Source: Candidatus Aminicenantes bacterium (GTDB taxonomy: Bacteria; Acidobacteriota; Aminicenantia; Aminicenantales; Aminicenantaceae). From it: a stretch of 64,000 nt of DNA. Positions 43,246 to 54,220 of the stretch are shown in pieces. The position numbers were made by a program, and so were the translations under genes. Under the pieces are notes generated by a model that searched no databases, was not told where the DNA came from, and saw only the letters and a program-made list of their open reading frames with translations. Where the stretch lies: the NCBI GenBank assembly GCA_011049545.1, contig DRHQ01000161.1, forward strand, positions 17,032-81,031. The letters are read 5' to 3'. Position 1 is the stretch's first letter. Each line of letters starts with the position of its first letter.

Positions 43246-43707
43246 AATTTCTTATTAGGAAGCTACACAGTAAGGGTCGATAAAAGCGGCCGAATAAAGA
43301 TACCAGAAAAATTCCGCCTCGTTCTGGAAGAAGAATACGGAAAAGAAATATTCATAACTTCTCTAACGGATGAATCCGTCCAGGTTTACCCTCTCCCAGT
43401 CTGGGAAGAGTTGTCAGGCGTTTCAGAAGAGGTAGCCCTTCACCTCCAACCCACGGTGAGAAAATTCATGCTCCGGGTTAACAGAAAAGGCAACCAAATT
43501 CGTATTGACTCAAAAGGACGAATCTTGATCAGCCAGACTTTGAGAGAAAAGGCAAAACTGGAAGATGAAGTTGAAGTTATCGGTCTTTCCAATCACTTAG
43601 AAATTTGGAACAAATATAAGCTCGACGGGACAATCGAAGAGAAGCCTCTAACAAACGAAGATTTTGAAAAAATCGCAGAACTCATGCCCCGGGGAAAACC
43701 TAAATGA
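43240..43707 (+). CDS. mraZ: transcriptional regulator MraZ
   Basis: Two SpoVT/AbrB-like halves (VDKSGRIKIPEKFR and IDSKGRILISQTLR). Start placed at ATG 43240, because the longer TTG ORF covers the promoter. Confidence 0.9.
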   Translation: MGNFLLGSYTVRVDKSGRIKIPEKFRLVLEEEYGKEIFITSLTDESVQVYPLPVWEELSGVSEEVALHLQPTVRKFMLRVNRKGNQIRIDSKGRILISQTLREKAKLEDEVEVIGLSNHLEIWNKYKLDGTIEEKPLTNEDFEKIAELMPRGKPK

Positions 43708-44600
43708 GCGGGAACGGCCATCTCCCGGTTCTTGTAGAAGAAGTTATGGAATACCTGGATATAAAGAGAGAAGGGATTTATGTAGACTGCACTCTTGGCC
43801 TGGGCGGGCATGCCCTCGAAATAGTCAAGAGAAATCCTAAGGCTTCTCTCATCGGTTTCGACATCGATGAAATGTCTCTTCTTAAAGCAGAAGAGAAGCT
43901 TAATCCATATGCAGATAGAGTGACGCTTTATCACTCAGACTTCAGGTATATCCCAGATCTTAAAATAGAATTTTCCAACATCAGGGGAGTTTTGCTGGAC
44001 TTAGGAATGTCCTCTTTTCAGCTTGATTCTCCAGAAAGGGGATTCAGCTTTAACCAGGATGGCCCTCTCGATATGAGGATGGACCTCCGGAACAAAACAA
44101 CGGCTTATAAAATAATCAATAAGTATTCAGAAAACAAACTCGCCCAAATTTTTCGAGAATACGGCGAACTCAGGCAGGCAAAAAGACTCGGCAAAGAAAT
44201 TGTTTCAAGAAGAAAATCAGAAAAAATCGAAACAACAACCCAGCTTCGACGCATTATCGAGGGAATCTGTGGCTGGAGACCACAGAGAGGAAAGATTCAT
44301 CCAGCTGCCAAAGTCTTTCAGGCATTACGCATTGAAATCAACCAGGAGTTAAAAAGCCTTTCCGGTTTTTTAGAAAGGATCACTCAAATAATTCCCAAAA
44401 AAGCCCATATCATCGCGATTTCCTTTCATTCCTTAGAAGATAGAATAATCAAGCATACTTTTGTCCACCTTGCTGCTACAAACAATTCCCATCCTTTCCT
44501 TAAAATTTTGACAAAAAAACCCGTGACTGCCTCCCAAGAGGAGATTGCCATCAATTCCAGATCAAGATCAGCCAAGCTTAGAGCGGCTGAGAGAATTTAG
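43704..44600 (+). CDS. rsmH: 16S rRNA (cytosine1402-N4)-methyltransferase
   Basis: HLPVL.EEV motif, SAM-binding DCTLGLGGH, and position after mraZ. Confidence 0.95.
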   Translation: MSGNGHLPVLVEEVMEYLDIKREGIYVDCTLGLGGHALEIVKRNPKASLIGFDIDEMSLLKAEEKLNPYADRVTLYHSDFRYIPDLKIEFSNIRGVLLDLGMSSFQLDSPERGFSFNQDGPLDMRMDLRNKTTAYKIINKYSENKLAQIFREYGELRQAKRLGKEIVSRRKSEKIETTTQLRRIIEGICGWRPQRGKIHPAAKVFQALRIEINQELKSLSGFLERITQIIPKKAHIIAISFHSLEDRIIKHTFVHLAATNNSHPFLKILTKKPVTASQEEIAINSRSRSAKLRAAERI

Positions 44601-44894
44601 ATGGTAAGAAAAAAATACAACACAAAAGAGATAATGCTTTTTGTATCCTGCACAATTATCGTTATTTCTATTCTGACTTTCTACATCTGGCATCAGATGG
44701 AATCCATCAGAATAGGTTATGAAATAGGCACACTCGAGGAGAAAGTTCTTACTCTCGGGAGACAAGTTGATGAACTGCAAACAGAGAAATCCTACCTCCT
44801 GTCTCTTGACAGAGTCGAAAAAATTGCCAAAGAAGAACTGAATCTTGTCGAGCCAAAAAAAGAGCAGCTTGTCTACGATGAGTTTATTCCCTAA
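44601..44894 (+). CDS. ftsL: cell division protein FtsL
   Basis: 97 aa. Single TM helix plus coiled coil. Canonical position between rsmH and ftsI. Confidence 0.8.
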   Translation: MVRKKYNTKEIMLFVSCTIIVISILTFYIWHQMESIRIGYEIGTLEEKVLTLGRQVDELQTEKSYLLSLDRVEKIAKEELNLVEPKKEQLVYDEFIP

Positions 44895-44911
44895 CTTTAA
44901 AAAAAGAATTT

Positions 44912-46663
44912 ATGAGCATTTTCTATCAAAAAAAAGCACGAATAAGAATTATCGTTCTGGGTTTTTTCTTTATGATCTGGTTGGTAGGACTCACAATTCG
45001 CCTTCTTCAGCTTCAGGTTTTTGAACATCCCCGCCTGAAAACAGAGGTTCTTGAGCAAAATCAAAACAGGAATACTATCCATCCCAAAAGAGGAACGATC
45101 TACGACTGCACGGGCAATATTCTAGCCCGCAGCCTCCCGATCCAATCCATCTTTTTTTCTCCTTTTAAAGGCGAGCCCCCTCGTCTTCAGTTCGAAAAAA
45201 TAAAGAAGCTCAGGAAAATTTTAAACTTATCCGAGAACGAGCTTAAGAATATATATAAGAGAATAGAAAGAAATGCTTCTTTTATCTGGATAAAAAGAAA
45301 AGTTGACCCAGGAAAAGAAGAAAAAGTGAGGAGACTCTCCTTGAGCGGGATTTATTTTTTGGAGGAAAACAAAAGGTTCTACCCGCACGGAAAGCTCGCC
45401 GCCCATCTCCTGGGAAGAGTAAACATTGACGATATCGGAGCCAGCGGGATTGAGTACAAATACAATTCAGTATTAGAAGGAAAAAAAGGGGAACATCTTA
45501 TCCTGAGAGACGCCAAAAAGAGAGAGTACCGCTTTGAGATCTTGAAAGAACCAGAAGCCGGCAAAGACCTGGTCCTAACAATAGATGAAACCATCCAGTA
45601 TTACGCAGAAAAAGAGCTAAAAAAAGCTATGCTCAAAACCGGAGCTAGCTGGGGAACCGTTATCCTTTCTCAACCTTCAACAGGAGAAATCCTGGCTATG
45701 GCGAATTATCCCACCGGCAACCTGAACAATCCTCCCCCGGGGCCGCTTTCACTCGATAGAAATAAAGCCATCCACCACAATTTCGAACCCGGCTCCACTT
45801 TTAAGATCATCACGGCCTCGGCAGCCCTGGAAGCAAGAAAAGTAAACCTCAACGACTCCTTTGACTGCAGTAAAGGATTCATCCGTGTTGCAGGGAAGAC
45901 AATCAGAGACCATGAACTATTCGGAATTCTCTCTTTTCCTGAAGTCATCATCCATTCTTCCAATGTGGGGACAATTCAATTCGGCCAATTAATAGGAGAA
46001 GAAATCTTCTTCAAGACGATACGAGCCTTTGGTTTCGGCCAAAAGACAGGAATTGATCTCCCTGCTGAGGAAAAGGGGATTTTCAGGCCGCTCGACAACT
46101 GGACCAATATTTCCGTCTCTTCACTTTCCATCGGCTACGAAATCTCAGTAACAGCAACCCAAATGCTCCAAGCAATAAACGCTATCGCTAATAAAGGTTT
46201 TATCATCAGCCCCAGGGTTGTAAAAAAAATCCTGGATTCCCGTGACGTTGCGACAGAAAAGCCTTATAGACGAAGAAGGATAATATCAGAAAGAACAGCT
46301 TTATTATTAACCTCCATTCTTCAAAAAGTTGTCCAAAGAGGAACAGGGACAACCGCCCGGATTAGAGGCTATAAAGTTGCCGGAAAGACTGGAACAACCC
46401 AGAAATTCGATCCTTCCATCGGAGGCTATTCCTCCGACGCTCATACCTCCTCTTTCGCCGGTTTTGTTCCCGCAGACAATCCCGTTCTCTCCATGGTTGT
46501 TGTTATTGATGAACCCAAAGGTCCATACTCCGGAGGGGAAGTTGCCGCTCCTGTCTTCCGGGAAATTGCCAGCCTGGTTCTCCGCCAGCTGCGCATTCCC
46601 AAGCAAGAAGAACAACTAAATACTATTATCGCCGAACGCCCCTTGAGGCAGGTCGAAAGATGA
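44912..46663 (+). CDS. ftsI: penicillin-binding protein (FtsI/PBP3-type transpeptidase)
   Basis: SxxK (GSTFK), SSN and KTGT motifs. N-terminal TM anchor. Confidence 0.9.
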   Translation: MSIFYQKKARIRIIVLGFFFMIWLVGLTIRLLQLQVFEHPRLKTEVLEQNQNRNTIHPKRGTIYDCTGNILARSLPIQSIFFSPFKGEPPRLQFEKIKKLRKILNLSENELKNIYKRIERNASFIWIKRKVDPGKEEKVRRLSLSGIYFLEENKRFYPHGKLAAHLLGRVNIDDIGASGIEYKYNSVLEGKKGEHLILRDAKKREYRFEILKEPEAGKDLVLTIDETIQYYAEKELKKAMLKTGASWGTVILSQPSTGEILAMANYPTGNLNNPPPGPLSLDRNKAIHHNFEPGSTFKIITASAALEARKVNLNDSFDCSKGFIRVAGKTIRDHELFGILSFPEVIIHSSNVGTIQFGQLIGEEIFFKTIRAFGFGQKTGIDLPAEEKGIFRPLDNWTNISVSSLSIGYEISVTATQMLQAINAIANKGFIISPRVVKKILDSRDVATEKPYRRRRIISERTALLLTSILQKVVQRGTGTTARIRGYKVAGKTGTTQKFDPSIGGYSSDAHTSSFAGFVPADNPVLSMVVVIDEPKGPYSGGEVAAPVFREIASLVLRQLRIPKQEEQLNTIIAERPLRQVER

Positions 46664-48126
46664 AACTCAAAGACTTGCTCGAAGGAGTTCCTTATGTGCG
46701 CTTTAACGGAAACGAGAGAGAAGAAATTCAAGGAATTGCCTACTCTTCAAAGGATGTCCAGCCAGGCTTTCTATTTGCCGCTTTAAAAGGAGAGAAAAAA
46801 AACGGCTTTGAATTTATCGATGAAGCTCTCCTCAACGGTGCCGCTGTCTTTCTTTCAGAAAAGCCCAAACCAAAAACTTTCGGGAAAACCTGGCTTCAAG
46901 CCTCTGACGCCCGAGAAGCACTCGCCCTGTGCTCGGCCAATTTTTATTCTCAACCCTCCCAAAAAATGAAAGTTGTCGGCATCACAGGGACAAAAGGAAA
47001 AACCACAATCACCTACTTGCTCGAGGAAATACTAAAAAAATCTCATTTCCTTCCTGCGGTAATCGGAACAATCTCCTACCGAGGTCCCAGTATAAAAATC
47101 TCCGCCGAAAGAACCACTCCCGAAGCTCCTGATTTGCAGAGAATGCTGGCGGAAATGCTTGCTCAGGGAGTGACACACTGTTTGATTGAAGTTTCCTCTC
47201 ACGCCTTAGACCTCCGGAGGGTCCTGGGCATAGGATTTGATATTGCCCTTTTCACAAACCTAAGCGGTGACCATCTGGACTACCATCACACCATGGAAAG
47301 ATATTTCGAAGCCAAAAAAAAGCTTTTCTTCCTCAACCATAATAAAAGAGCTGCAGTAATCAACTCCGATGATCCATGGGGAAAAAAGCTGATATCAGAG
47401 CTTCCCTCAGGAGCAGTCACCTATGGCCTCGGGCCAGGCGCGCACATAAGAGGCGAAAATTTCAAACTCACCGAAAAAGGAATAGAGTTTTCGGCTAAAT
47501 ATCCAGCAGGAGAGCTCCCTGTTTCCTCGCCTCTTCTGGGTAAGCCTAACCTCTACAACATCCTGGCCTCGATTGCCGTGGCTCTATCATTGAAAATACC
47601 TGTATCTGCGATAAAAGAAGGCATAGCCTCACTTCAAGAGGTACCGGGAAGGTTTGAGAAAATCAAAAATACCCGTGGACTCCATATCTTTGTCGATTAT
47701 GCCCATACTGACGAGGCCCTCAAGAATTTACTGGAAACCGTTCGCGAACTTAATCCCAAGCGCATCATTTTAATCTTCGGAGCAGGTGGAGACCGGGACA
47801 AAACAAAAAGACCAAGGATGGGGGAAGTAGCCGGAAACCTTGCTGACTGGACCATTCTCACCTCTGATAATCCCCGTTCAGAAGATCCCCTGGCTATAAT
47901 CTCAGATATAGAAAAAGGTATTAAAAAAACCGGGGCAAAGAATTACAAAATTCTGCCAGATAGAGAAGAAGCCATCGAACATGCTCTCTCCTTTGGAGAA
48001 AAAGGAGATTACATCCTTGTTGCCGGAAAAGGACACGAAAACTACCAAATCATCAAGGATGAAATCATTCCTTTCAAGGATGCCGATGTCATAAAAGGCA
48101 TTCTTGGAATAAAGGAGTCAACCTGA
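46660..48126 (+). CDS. murE: UDP-MurNAc-L-Ala-D-Glu:meso-diaminopimelate ligase
   Basis: GITGTKGKTT P-loop and the DNPR motif (meso-DAP type). Confidence 0.95.
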   Translation: MKLKDLLEGVPYVRFNGNEREEIQGIAYSSKDVQPGFLFAALKGEKKNGFEFIDEALLNGAAVFLSEKPKPKTFGKTWLQASDAREALALCSANFYSQPSQKMKVVGITGTKGKTTITYLLEEILKKSHFLPAVIGTISYRGPSIKISAERTTPEAPDLQRMLAEMLAQGVTHCLIEVSSHALDLRRVLGIGFDIALFTNLSGDHLDYHHTMERYFEAKKKLFFLNHNKRAAVINSDDPWGKKLISELPSGAVTYGLGPGAHIRGENFKLTEKGIEFSAKYPAGELPVSSPLLGKPNLYNILASIAVALSLKIPVSAIKEGIASLQEVPGRFEKIKNTRGLHIFVDYAHTDEALKNLLETVRELNPKRIILIFGAGGDRDKTKRPRMGEVAGNLADWTILTSDNPRSEDPLAIISDIEKGIKKTGAKNYKILPDREEAIEHALSFGEKGDYILVAGKGHENYQIIKDEIIPFKDADVIKGILGIKEST

Positions 48127-48128
48127 AA

Positions 48129-49511
48129 TTGGTTAATCTCCGCTTGAGCGAAACAGCAAAAAAAATAGGGGGGAAAATCCTTCAGGGCTCGCCCTCTCTT
48201 TCATTTCATAAATTCAATATAGATTCTCGTCTAACAGAGCCTGGCGAACTTTTTTTTGCTTTAGTTTCCGAGCGGAACGGCCATGATTTTATCCCCGCAG
48301 CAGTCAAGAAAGGAGCTTCAGGTGCTGTTATTTCCAATAAGATAACCATTCCCGACAAGGACATCGCTCTGATTCAGGTCAAGGACACTCTCAAAGCCCT
48401 CCATAAGCTCGCTGGACAGGTCCTCTCCGAGCATCCTGTCAAAGTGATCGGGATTACAGGAAGCATAGGAAAAACAACAGCCAAAGAGTTCACCTGGCGC
48501 CTCCTTTCTCGAAATTTAAACGTCCTCAAGTCTGAAGGAAACTTTAACAACCAGTTGGGCGTTCCCCTTTCCCTTCTTAAACTGACAGATACACATGATG
48601 TCGCAGTACTGGAAATGGCCATGTCCGCTCCAGGTGAAATAAAAACTCTGACAAAGATTGCTCCTCCAGACATCGCTGTCATAACTAACATCAAACCTGT
48701 TCACCTCAAGTTTTTCAACTCCTTAGAAGAGATCGCCTTAGCCAAAAAAGAGATTCTCGATGGGGCCAAAAATGACGCAATAGCGGTCATCAACGGAGAT
48801 GATCCCCTGGTCAAAAAAATAGCAGAAGATTGGAAGGGCAAGAAGATCTTATTCGGTCTTTCTGCGGGATGTGAAGTTCGTGCCCAGAACATCCAACAAG
48901 TTGGCTGGGAAAGAATGTCTTTCGAGCTAAGATACGGAAACAGGGAGGAGAAAATAAGCCTTCCTTTCTTCTATAAAAGCCACCTCTATAATTTCCTGGC
49001 AGCTACGGCCGCAGCAAAAGCTCTATCCGTCCCCTTCGAGGATATTCTCCCTCAAATAATAACACTCAAGCTATTATCCAATAGAGGTGCCCTCGTTTGC
49101 TTAGCAAAAAACATCAGGCTTATAGACGATTCTTACAACTCAAACCCGGCAGCACTCGAAGCAGCTTTGAAGGCGCTGGCTCCTCTCCCCTCCAAGAGAA
49201 AAATAGCGGTCTTGGGCGATATGCTGGAGCTTGGAGGAAAAGAGATTGAATACCATATTCAGGCGGGAAAACAAGTTGCAGAATCGGGATGGGACTTCCT
49301 GGTAACAGTGGGTATTCTTAGCCAGCATATGGCTGAAGGAGCTCTTTCTTCAGGAATGAGGGCAGACCAAATCTTCTCTTTTAAAAATTCAAAAGAGGCT
49401 GCAAAAGAAATATTATCTCTCATCCAAGAAGGAGATCTTATCCTGGTCAAAAGCTCAAGAAAAATAGAAATAGAAAAAATTATCGAAAGATTAAAAATGG
49501 AAAGGCAATAA
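48129..49511 (+). CDS. murF: UDP-MurNAc-tripeptide:D-Ala-D-Ala ligase
   Basis: GITGSIGKTT P-loop, position in the cluster, TTG start. Confidence 0.9.
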   Translation: MVNLRLSETAKKIGGKILQGSPSLSFHKFNIDSRLTEPGELFFALVSERNGHDFIPAAVKKGASGAVISNKITIPDKDIALIQVKDTLKALHKLAGQVLSEHPVKVIGITGSIGKTTAKEFTWRLLSRNLNVLKSEGNFNNQLGVPLSLLKLTDTHDVAVLEMAMSAPGEIKTLTKIAPPDIAVITNIKPVHLKFFNSLEEIALAKKEILDGAKNDAIAVINGDDPLVKKIAEDWKGKKILFGLSAGCEVRAQNIQQVGWERMSFELRYGNREEKISLPFFYKSHLYNFLAATAAAKALSVPFEDILPQIITLKLLSNRGALVCLAKNIRLIDDSYNSNPAALEAALKALAPLPSKRKIAVLGDMLELGGKEIEYHIQAGKQVAESGWDFLVTVGILSQHMAEGALSSGMRADQIFSFKNSKEAAKEILSLIQEGDLILVKSSRKIEIEKIIERLKMERQ

Positions 49512-49512
49512 C

Positions 49513-50601
49513 GTGCTTTATTATCTTCTGGTTCCGTTGAGAGAATACTTTATTTTCTTCAATGTGTTCCGCTACATCACAGTAAGAACAGCCCTGGCCG
49601 GAATAACAGCTTTTCTTATATGCCTTATTCTTGGCCCATGGGTCATCAGGATGCTTGATAAATACCAGATAGGAGAGGAGATCAGCCCTGACGGACCCGC
49701 ATCTCACCTGGAAAAAAGAGGGACTCCCTCAATGGGAGGAATTCTTATCATCGGGGCAACGATAATCCCTGCGTTTCTCTGGGGAGATATGAGTAATTCT
49801 TATGTGAAACTTGCAATGAGCACCATGCTGTTATTTGGTCTTCTCGGTTTCTGGGACGATTTCCTGAAAATCAAAAGGAAAAAACCTAAAGGACTCATCA
49901 TCCGCCATAAGCTTTTTTTTCAAATTGGCATATCTGCAGTCATCGGACTTATTCTTATTTATCTTGGCTTTACAGGGGGATTCAGCCTTCATTTGAGTCT
50001 TCCTTTCTTTAAGAAATGGTTTCCTTATTTTGGTTGGTTTTATCTCCCCTGGATTATGCTTATTCTGGTGGGATCATCAAATTCGGTCAACCTTGCTGAC
50101 GGACTTGATGGACTGGCCATCGGTCTTACTCTCATCAGTTCCAGCGCCTTTATAGTTCTTTGCTATATCGTGGGCCGCGCTGACTGGTCTGAATTCCTGA
50201 ATATAGTCCGGGTTCCTGCTGCAGCCGAACTCACGGTGTTTGCGGGAGCTATGGCCGGCGCTTGCTTAGGCTTTCTCTGGTTTAACTGCCATCCCGCCCA
50301 AATATTTATGGGAGACGCCGGAGCATTATCTCTGGGAGGCACCATCGGTATCATCGCTATCCTGATAAAACAAGAATTTCTTCTTTTCATGGTTGCTGGA
50401 GTCTTCATCCTGGAAGCAATATCTGTTCTTCTTCAAGTTTCTTATTTCAAACTGACCGGAGGAAAAAGAATTTTCAAGATGGCCCCAATCCATCATCACT
50501 TCGAGCTCATAGGATGGTCTGAGGAGAAGATCGTCATTCGGTTCTGGATCGCTGGAATCGTCTTTGCCCTCTTCAGCCTCACCGCTCTGAAACTGAGGTA
50601 A
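49513..50601 (+). CDS. mraY: phospho-N-acetylmuramoyl-pentapeptide transferase
   Basis: Polytopic. NSVNLADGLDGLA and HHHFE motifs. GTG start. Confidence 0.95.
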   Translation: MLYYLLVPLREYFIFFNVFRYITVRTALAGITAFLICLILGPWVIRMLDKYQIGEEISPDGPASHLEKRGTPSMGGILIIGATIIPAFLWGDMSNSYVKLAMSTMLLFGLLGFWDDFLKIKRKKPKGLIIRHKLFFQIGISAVIGLILIYLGFTGGFSLHLSLPFFKKWFPYFGWFYLPWIMLILVGSSNSVNLADGLDGLAIGLTLISSSAFIVLCYIVGRADWSEFLNIVRVPAAAELTVFAGAMAGACLGFLWFNCHPAQIFMGDAGALSLGGTIGIIAILIKQEFLLFMVAGVFILEAISVLLQVSYFKLTGGKRIFKMAPIHHHFELIGWSEEKIVIRFWIAGIVFALFSLTALKLR

Positions 50602-50602
50602 A

Positions 50603-51970
50603 ATGAATCTGGAAGGAAAAAGAGTTTTGGTCGTAGGCTTAGGTAGTACAGGAGAAGCTCTCTGCACTTTTCTTCTCCATCACGGAGCCCGGGTAAAGGT
50701 CAGCGAAAAGAAGAAGCCGGAAGAAATGGGTCAGAAAATCTCATTATGGGAGGAAAAAGGCGTTGCAGTAGAAACCGGAACGCACAATCAAAAATCCTTC
50801 ATGGAAGCTGATTTGATAGTGCCCAGCCCAGGAGTTCCCTGGCTCCCCGAGCTTGAAGCCGCCAGAACGAACGGAGTAAAAATCATCTCCGAAATAGAGC
50901 TGGCCTACAAATTCTTAAAGGGAAAAATTGTGGGGATAACTGGATCGAACGGGAAATCCACCACAGCTACACTAACCCAAAAAATCCTGGAAGAAGGGGG
51001 ACTCAAAACTTATCTTGCCGGCAATATAGGAACACCTTTGATAAGTTTTGTCGATAACAGCGCCGACGATCATATTTATGTTACGGAAATCTCAAGCTTC
51101 CAGCTTGAACATATCGAAGAATTCAGAGTCTCAATCTCAGTTCTTCTCAACATCTCTCCGGATCACCTGGACTGGCATCCTTCCTTCGCAGATTATTACG
51201 AGGCAAAAAAGAAACTCATAGTCTCTCAGAGAGAGAACGATATAGCTATTCTTAATCGAGATGATCCGCTGGTCTGGGCATTAAAAGAGGAAGGGGAATT
51301 TCAGGTTTACGCTTTCAGCCGAAACGGAAAAGTTTCCCCAGGATGTTTTCTTAACGGAGATTGGATCTTTCTCTCTAACAAAGAAGAGGAGAAGCTCATA
51401 AAAACTTCTGCTATTCCTCTTCTCGGAATCCACAACCAGGAAAACATCATGGCCAGTGCCCTGGTGGGTCATATCCTGGGTATCCCGCCCTCCATAATAA
51501 AAGATCCGATCAAAAACTTTCGAGGTCTTGAGCACAGGCTTGAGAAAGTTGCAACTATAAGAGGAGTTGATTTTTATAATGATTCCAAAGCCACAAACGT
51601 GGACGCTACCTCAAAATCTATCCAGAGCTTTGACCGCAAAATCATTCTCATCTTAGGAGGAAGGGATAAGGGAGGTGATTTTAAAAAATTAAGAAAACCT
51701 GTCAAAGAAAACATAAAAAGGATCATCCTCCTTGGCGAGGCCACGGAAAAAATAAGAACTACCCTCAAGGGAATTGTCCCGATGGAAACTGTCTCCTCTA
51801 TCGAAGAGGCAGTGAGACTCGGCTATTCACGAGCGAAACCGCAAGAAGTGATGCTTCTTGCGCCGGCCTGCACAAGCTTTGACATGTTTCAAAACTTTGA
51901 AGAAAGGGGCAAGGTTTTCAAGCGCGAAGTACTATCCCTTGCCAAAGAGCTCGGGAAAGAGAGGCCATAA
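50603..51970 (+). CDS. murD: UDP-MurNAc-L-alanine:D-glutamate ligase
   Basis: GLGSTG Rossmann motif and GITGSNGKST P-loop. Confidence 0.95.
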   Translation: MNLEGKRVLVVGLGSTGEALCTFLLHHGARVKVSEKKKPEEMGQKISLWEEKGVAVETGTHNQKSFMEADLIVPSPGVPWLPELEAARTNGVKIISEIELAYKFLKGKIVGITGSNGKSTTATLTQKILEEGGLKTYLAGNIGTPLISFVDNSADDHIYVTEISSFQLEHIEEFRVSISVLLNISPDHLDWHPSFADYYEAKKKLIVSQRENDIAILNRDDPLVWALKEEGEFQVYAFSRNGKVSPGCFLNGDWIFLSNKEEEKLIKTSAIPLLGIHNQENIMASALVGHILGIPPSIIKDPIKNFRGLEHRLEKVATIRGVDFYNDSKATNVDATSKSIQSFDRKIILILGGRDKGGDFKKLRKPVKENIKRIILLGEATEKIRTTLKGIVPMETVSSIEEAVRLGYSRAKPQEVMLLAPACTSFDMFQNFEERGKVFKREVLSLAKELGKERP

Positions 51971-51975
51971 GAATT

Positions 51976-53118
51976 ATGGAAATATTCAGACCCTACGGCT
52001 TTGATAAACCTCTTTTTTTCACGACTCTCATCATGATCGCCATGGGGCTAATTATGGTTTACAGTTCATCAGCCATTTTAGCCAGTGAAAAATATGATAA
52101 TTCTTTCCATTTCTTCATAAATCAAAGCATTGCGGCTGGGATTGGAATAATCCTTATTTTTCTGATGATGCCCATAAGGAAGCCATTTTTCCAAAATTTT
52201 TACTTTGTCCATGGACTTCTTATCTTCTCTTTTGCTCTCTTGGTGCTCTGCTTACTCATGCCAGCTGTGGCTAACACAAACCGCTGGGTCCAGTTCTTCG
52301 GCCTCAGGTTCCAACCATCGGAACTGGCAAAAATCAGTCTTATTTTGTTTTTTGCTTCCTATTTTAACCGGAAAAAAGAAAAATTGAATGAATTTCAAAC
52401 CCTTATTTTCCCGCTGACAGTTCTTTTTCTGTTTATCCTCTTAATCATAAAAGAGCCTGATTACGGCACTGCCCTTCTCATCTTTATCATCTGCTCGATA
52501 ATGCTCTTCATCGGGGGAGTGAAGTTCAAACACCTATGTTACCTGGGAACCCTGTTTTTGGGTCTTTTTGCCTTTTATCTTTTCCAGGCTTCATACAGAA
52601 TAGACAGAGTCTTTACCTTTTTATCGCCTGCAAAAGATCCCCAGGGCGCTGGTTTCCAGAGTATCCAATCAAAGCTAGCAGTCGGCTCAGGAGGTTTATT
52701 CGGGGTAAGTATCGGAGAAAGCACCCAAAAACTTTTCTTTCTTCCCTGCGCTCACACCGATTACATATATGCCATCCTGGGGGAAGAAATAGGTTTTATT
52801 GGCGCCATATTCACCCTGCTTCTCTTCTTTGTTTTTTTCTGGAGAGGACTGGTGATTTCCCAAAGGGCACCCAATTTCTCCTCGCAAATTGTCGCCGCAG
52901 GACTAACGATGGCCATCTTTTCTCAAGCTTTGCTGAACATAAGCATTGTCCTGGGCTTGGGTCCACCGACCGGCATCCCTCTTCCTCTGATCAGCTTCGG
53001 AAGGTCTTCCCTGATATGTACTCTTTTCAGCATAGGAATTCTTCTCAATATCTCGCAGAGAAGGAGTACCAGTCGAATAAGAAAAGGCGGATTTGATAAA
53101 TCGAACCCTTACGGATAA
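51976..53118 (+). CDS. ftsW: SEDS-family peptidoglycan glycosyltransferase FtsW
   Basis: 380 aa, polytopic. QPSELAK and EPDYGT motifs. Confidence 0.9.
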   Translation: MEIFRPYGFDKPLFFTTLIMIAMGLIMVYSSSAILASEKYDNSFHFFINQSIAAGIGIILIFLMMPIRKPFFQNFYFVHGLLIFSFALLVLCLLMPAVANTNRWVQFFGLRFQPSELAKISLILFFASYFNRKKEKLNEFQTLIFPLTVLFLFILLIIKEPDYGTALLIFIICSIMLFIGGVKFKHLCYLGTLFLGLFAFYLFQASYRIDRVFTFLSPAKDPQGAGFQSIQSKLAVGSGGLFGVSIGESTQKLFFLPCAHTDYIYAILGEEIGFIGAIFTLLLFFVFFWRGLVISQRAPNFSSQIVAAGLTMAIFSQALLNISIVLGLGPPTGIPLPLISFGRSSLICTLFSIGILLNISQRRSTSRIRKGGFDKSNPYG

Positions 53119-53124
53119 TTAAAA

Positions 53125-54204
53125 ATGAAGGAGAAAAAAATCATCATAAGCGGCGGAGGAACTGCGGGCCATCTTTACCCGGCCTTAGCTGTGGGAGATA
53201 AATTAAAAGAAAAAGATCCTGCTCTTCATTTGACTTTTATCGGAAGCAGGAGGGAAGTGGAAAAAAACATAATGAAGCATTATCAGGTGAATTTTGTCGC
53301 CTTGAAAATCGAGGGAATTAAGGGAAGAGGCCTGAAAGCCGTAAAATCTCTTCTTCTCCTTCCTCTCTCCTTCTTGAAATCTTTCGTTATTCTCCTCCGA
53401 TTAAGACCCGGGCTGGTCATAGGGGCAGGTGGTTATAGTTCAGGACCCATTGTGCTTCTTGCCTCCTTGATGAAAATCCCAACACTTATCCTTGAACAGA
53501 ATCTTTATCCCGGTTTCACCAACCGCCTTCTTATTCCCTGGGTGCGCCAGGCAGTAGTTTCTTTTAAAAGCTCTCTTCCCTCTTTCAAGAAAAAAGGGAT
53601 ATTCATAGGAAATCCTGTAAGAGAGGCGTTCTACAATCTCTCTCCCAAGGAAAAATCGGAAAAATTCACAGTCCTTATCTTCGGAGGAAGCCAGGGATCT
53701 CATTTCTTGAACAAGACCTTGATAGCCTCTCTTCCTCTTCTAAAAAAAGAAATAAAGAATTTAAGAATCTTCCATCAGACTGGAAAAAAAGATTATGAAT
53801 GGGTCAAAAAAAATTATGCTCAAAACGGGTTTAAGGAAGTAACCGTCGCACCCTATTTTTTTGAAATGGCCGATTATTTTCAGAAATCAGATTTAATCAT
53901 ATGCCGAGCAGGTGCGACCACCATAGCCGAGCTCATCGCTTCTCAAAAGGCATCTTTGCTGATTCCTTTTTCTCAAGCTACGGATAATCACCAGTATTTT
54001 AATGCCAGGGAATTGGAAAAAATAAGGGGTGCTGAGATCATTCTTGAAAAGGAATTCACGCCCGATATCTTTGCCGATAAAATATTTTCTTTTCTGCGAA
54101 ACAGGGACAAGATAACCCTAATGGAAAAAAACTTGGTTCGGCTGAAAACAGAAAAAGTGTCAGAGAAAATCTCGAATCTCTGTTTTAAACTTATGGAGGC
54201 ATAG
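53125..54204 (+). CDS. murG: lipid II synthase MurG
   Basis: GGGTAGHLYPALAV motif and C-terminal GATTIAEL motif. Confidence 0.95.
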   Translation: MKEKKIIISGGGTAGHLYPALAVGDKLKEKDPALHLTFIGSRREVEKNIMKHYQVNFVALKIEGIKGRGLKAVKSLLLLPLSFLKSFVILLRLRPGLVIGAGGYSSGPIVLLASLMKIPTLILEQNLYPGFTNRLLIPWVRQAVVSFKSSLPSFKKKGIFIGNPVREAFYNLSPKEKSEKFTVLIFGGSQGSHFLNKTLIASLPLLKKEIKNLRIFHQTGKKDYEWVKKNYAQNGFKEVTVAPYFFEMADYFQKSDLIICRAGATTIAELIASQKASLLIPFSQATDNHQYFNARELEKIRGAEIILEKEFTPDIFADKIFSFLRNRDKITLMEKNLVRLKTEKVSEKISNLCFKLMEA

Positions 54205-54220
54205 CTAAAGGAGTGTACCA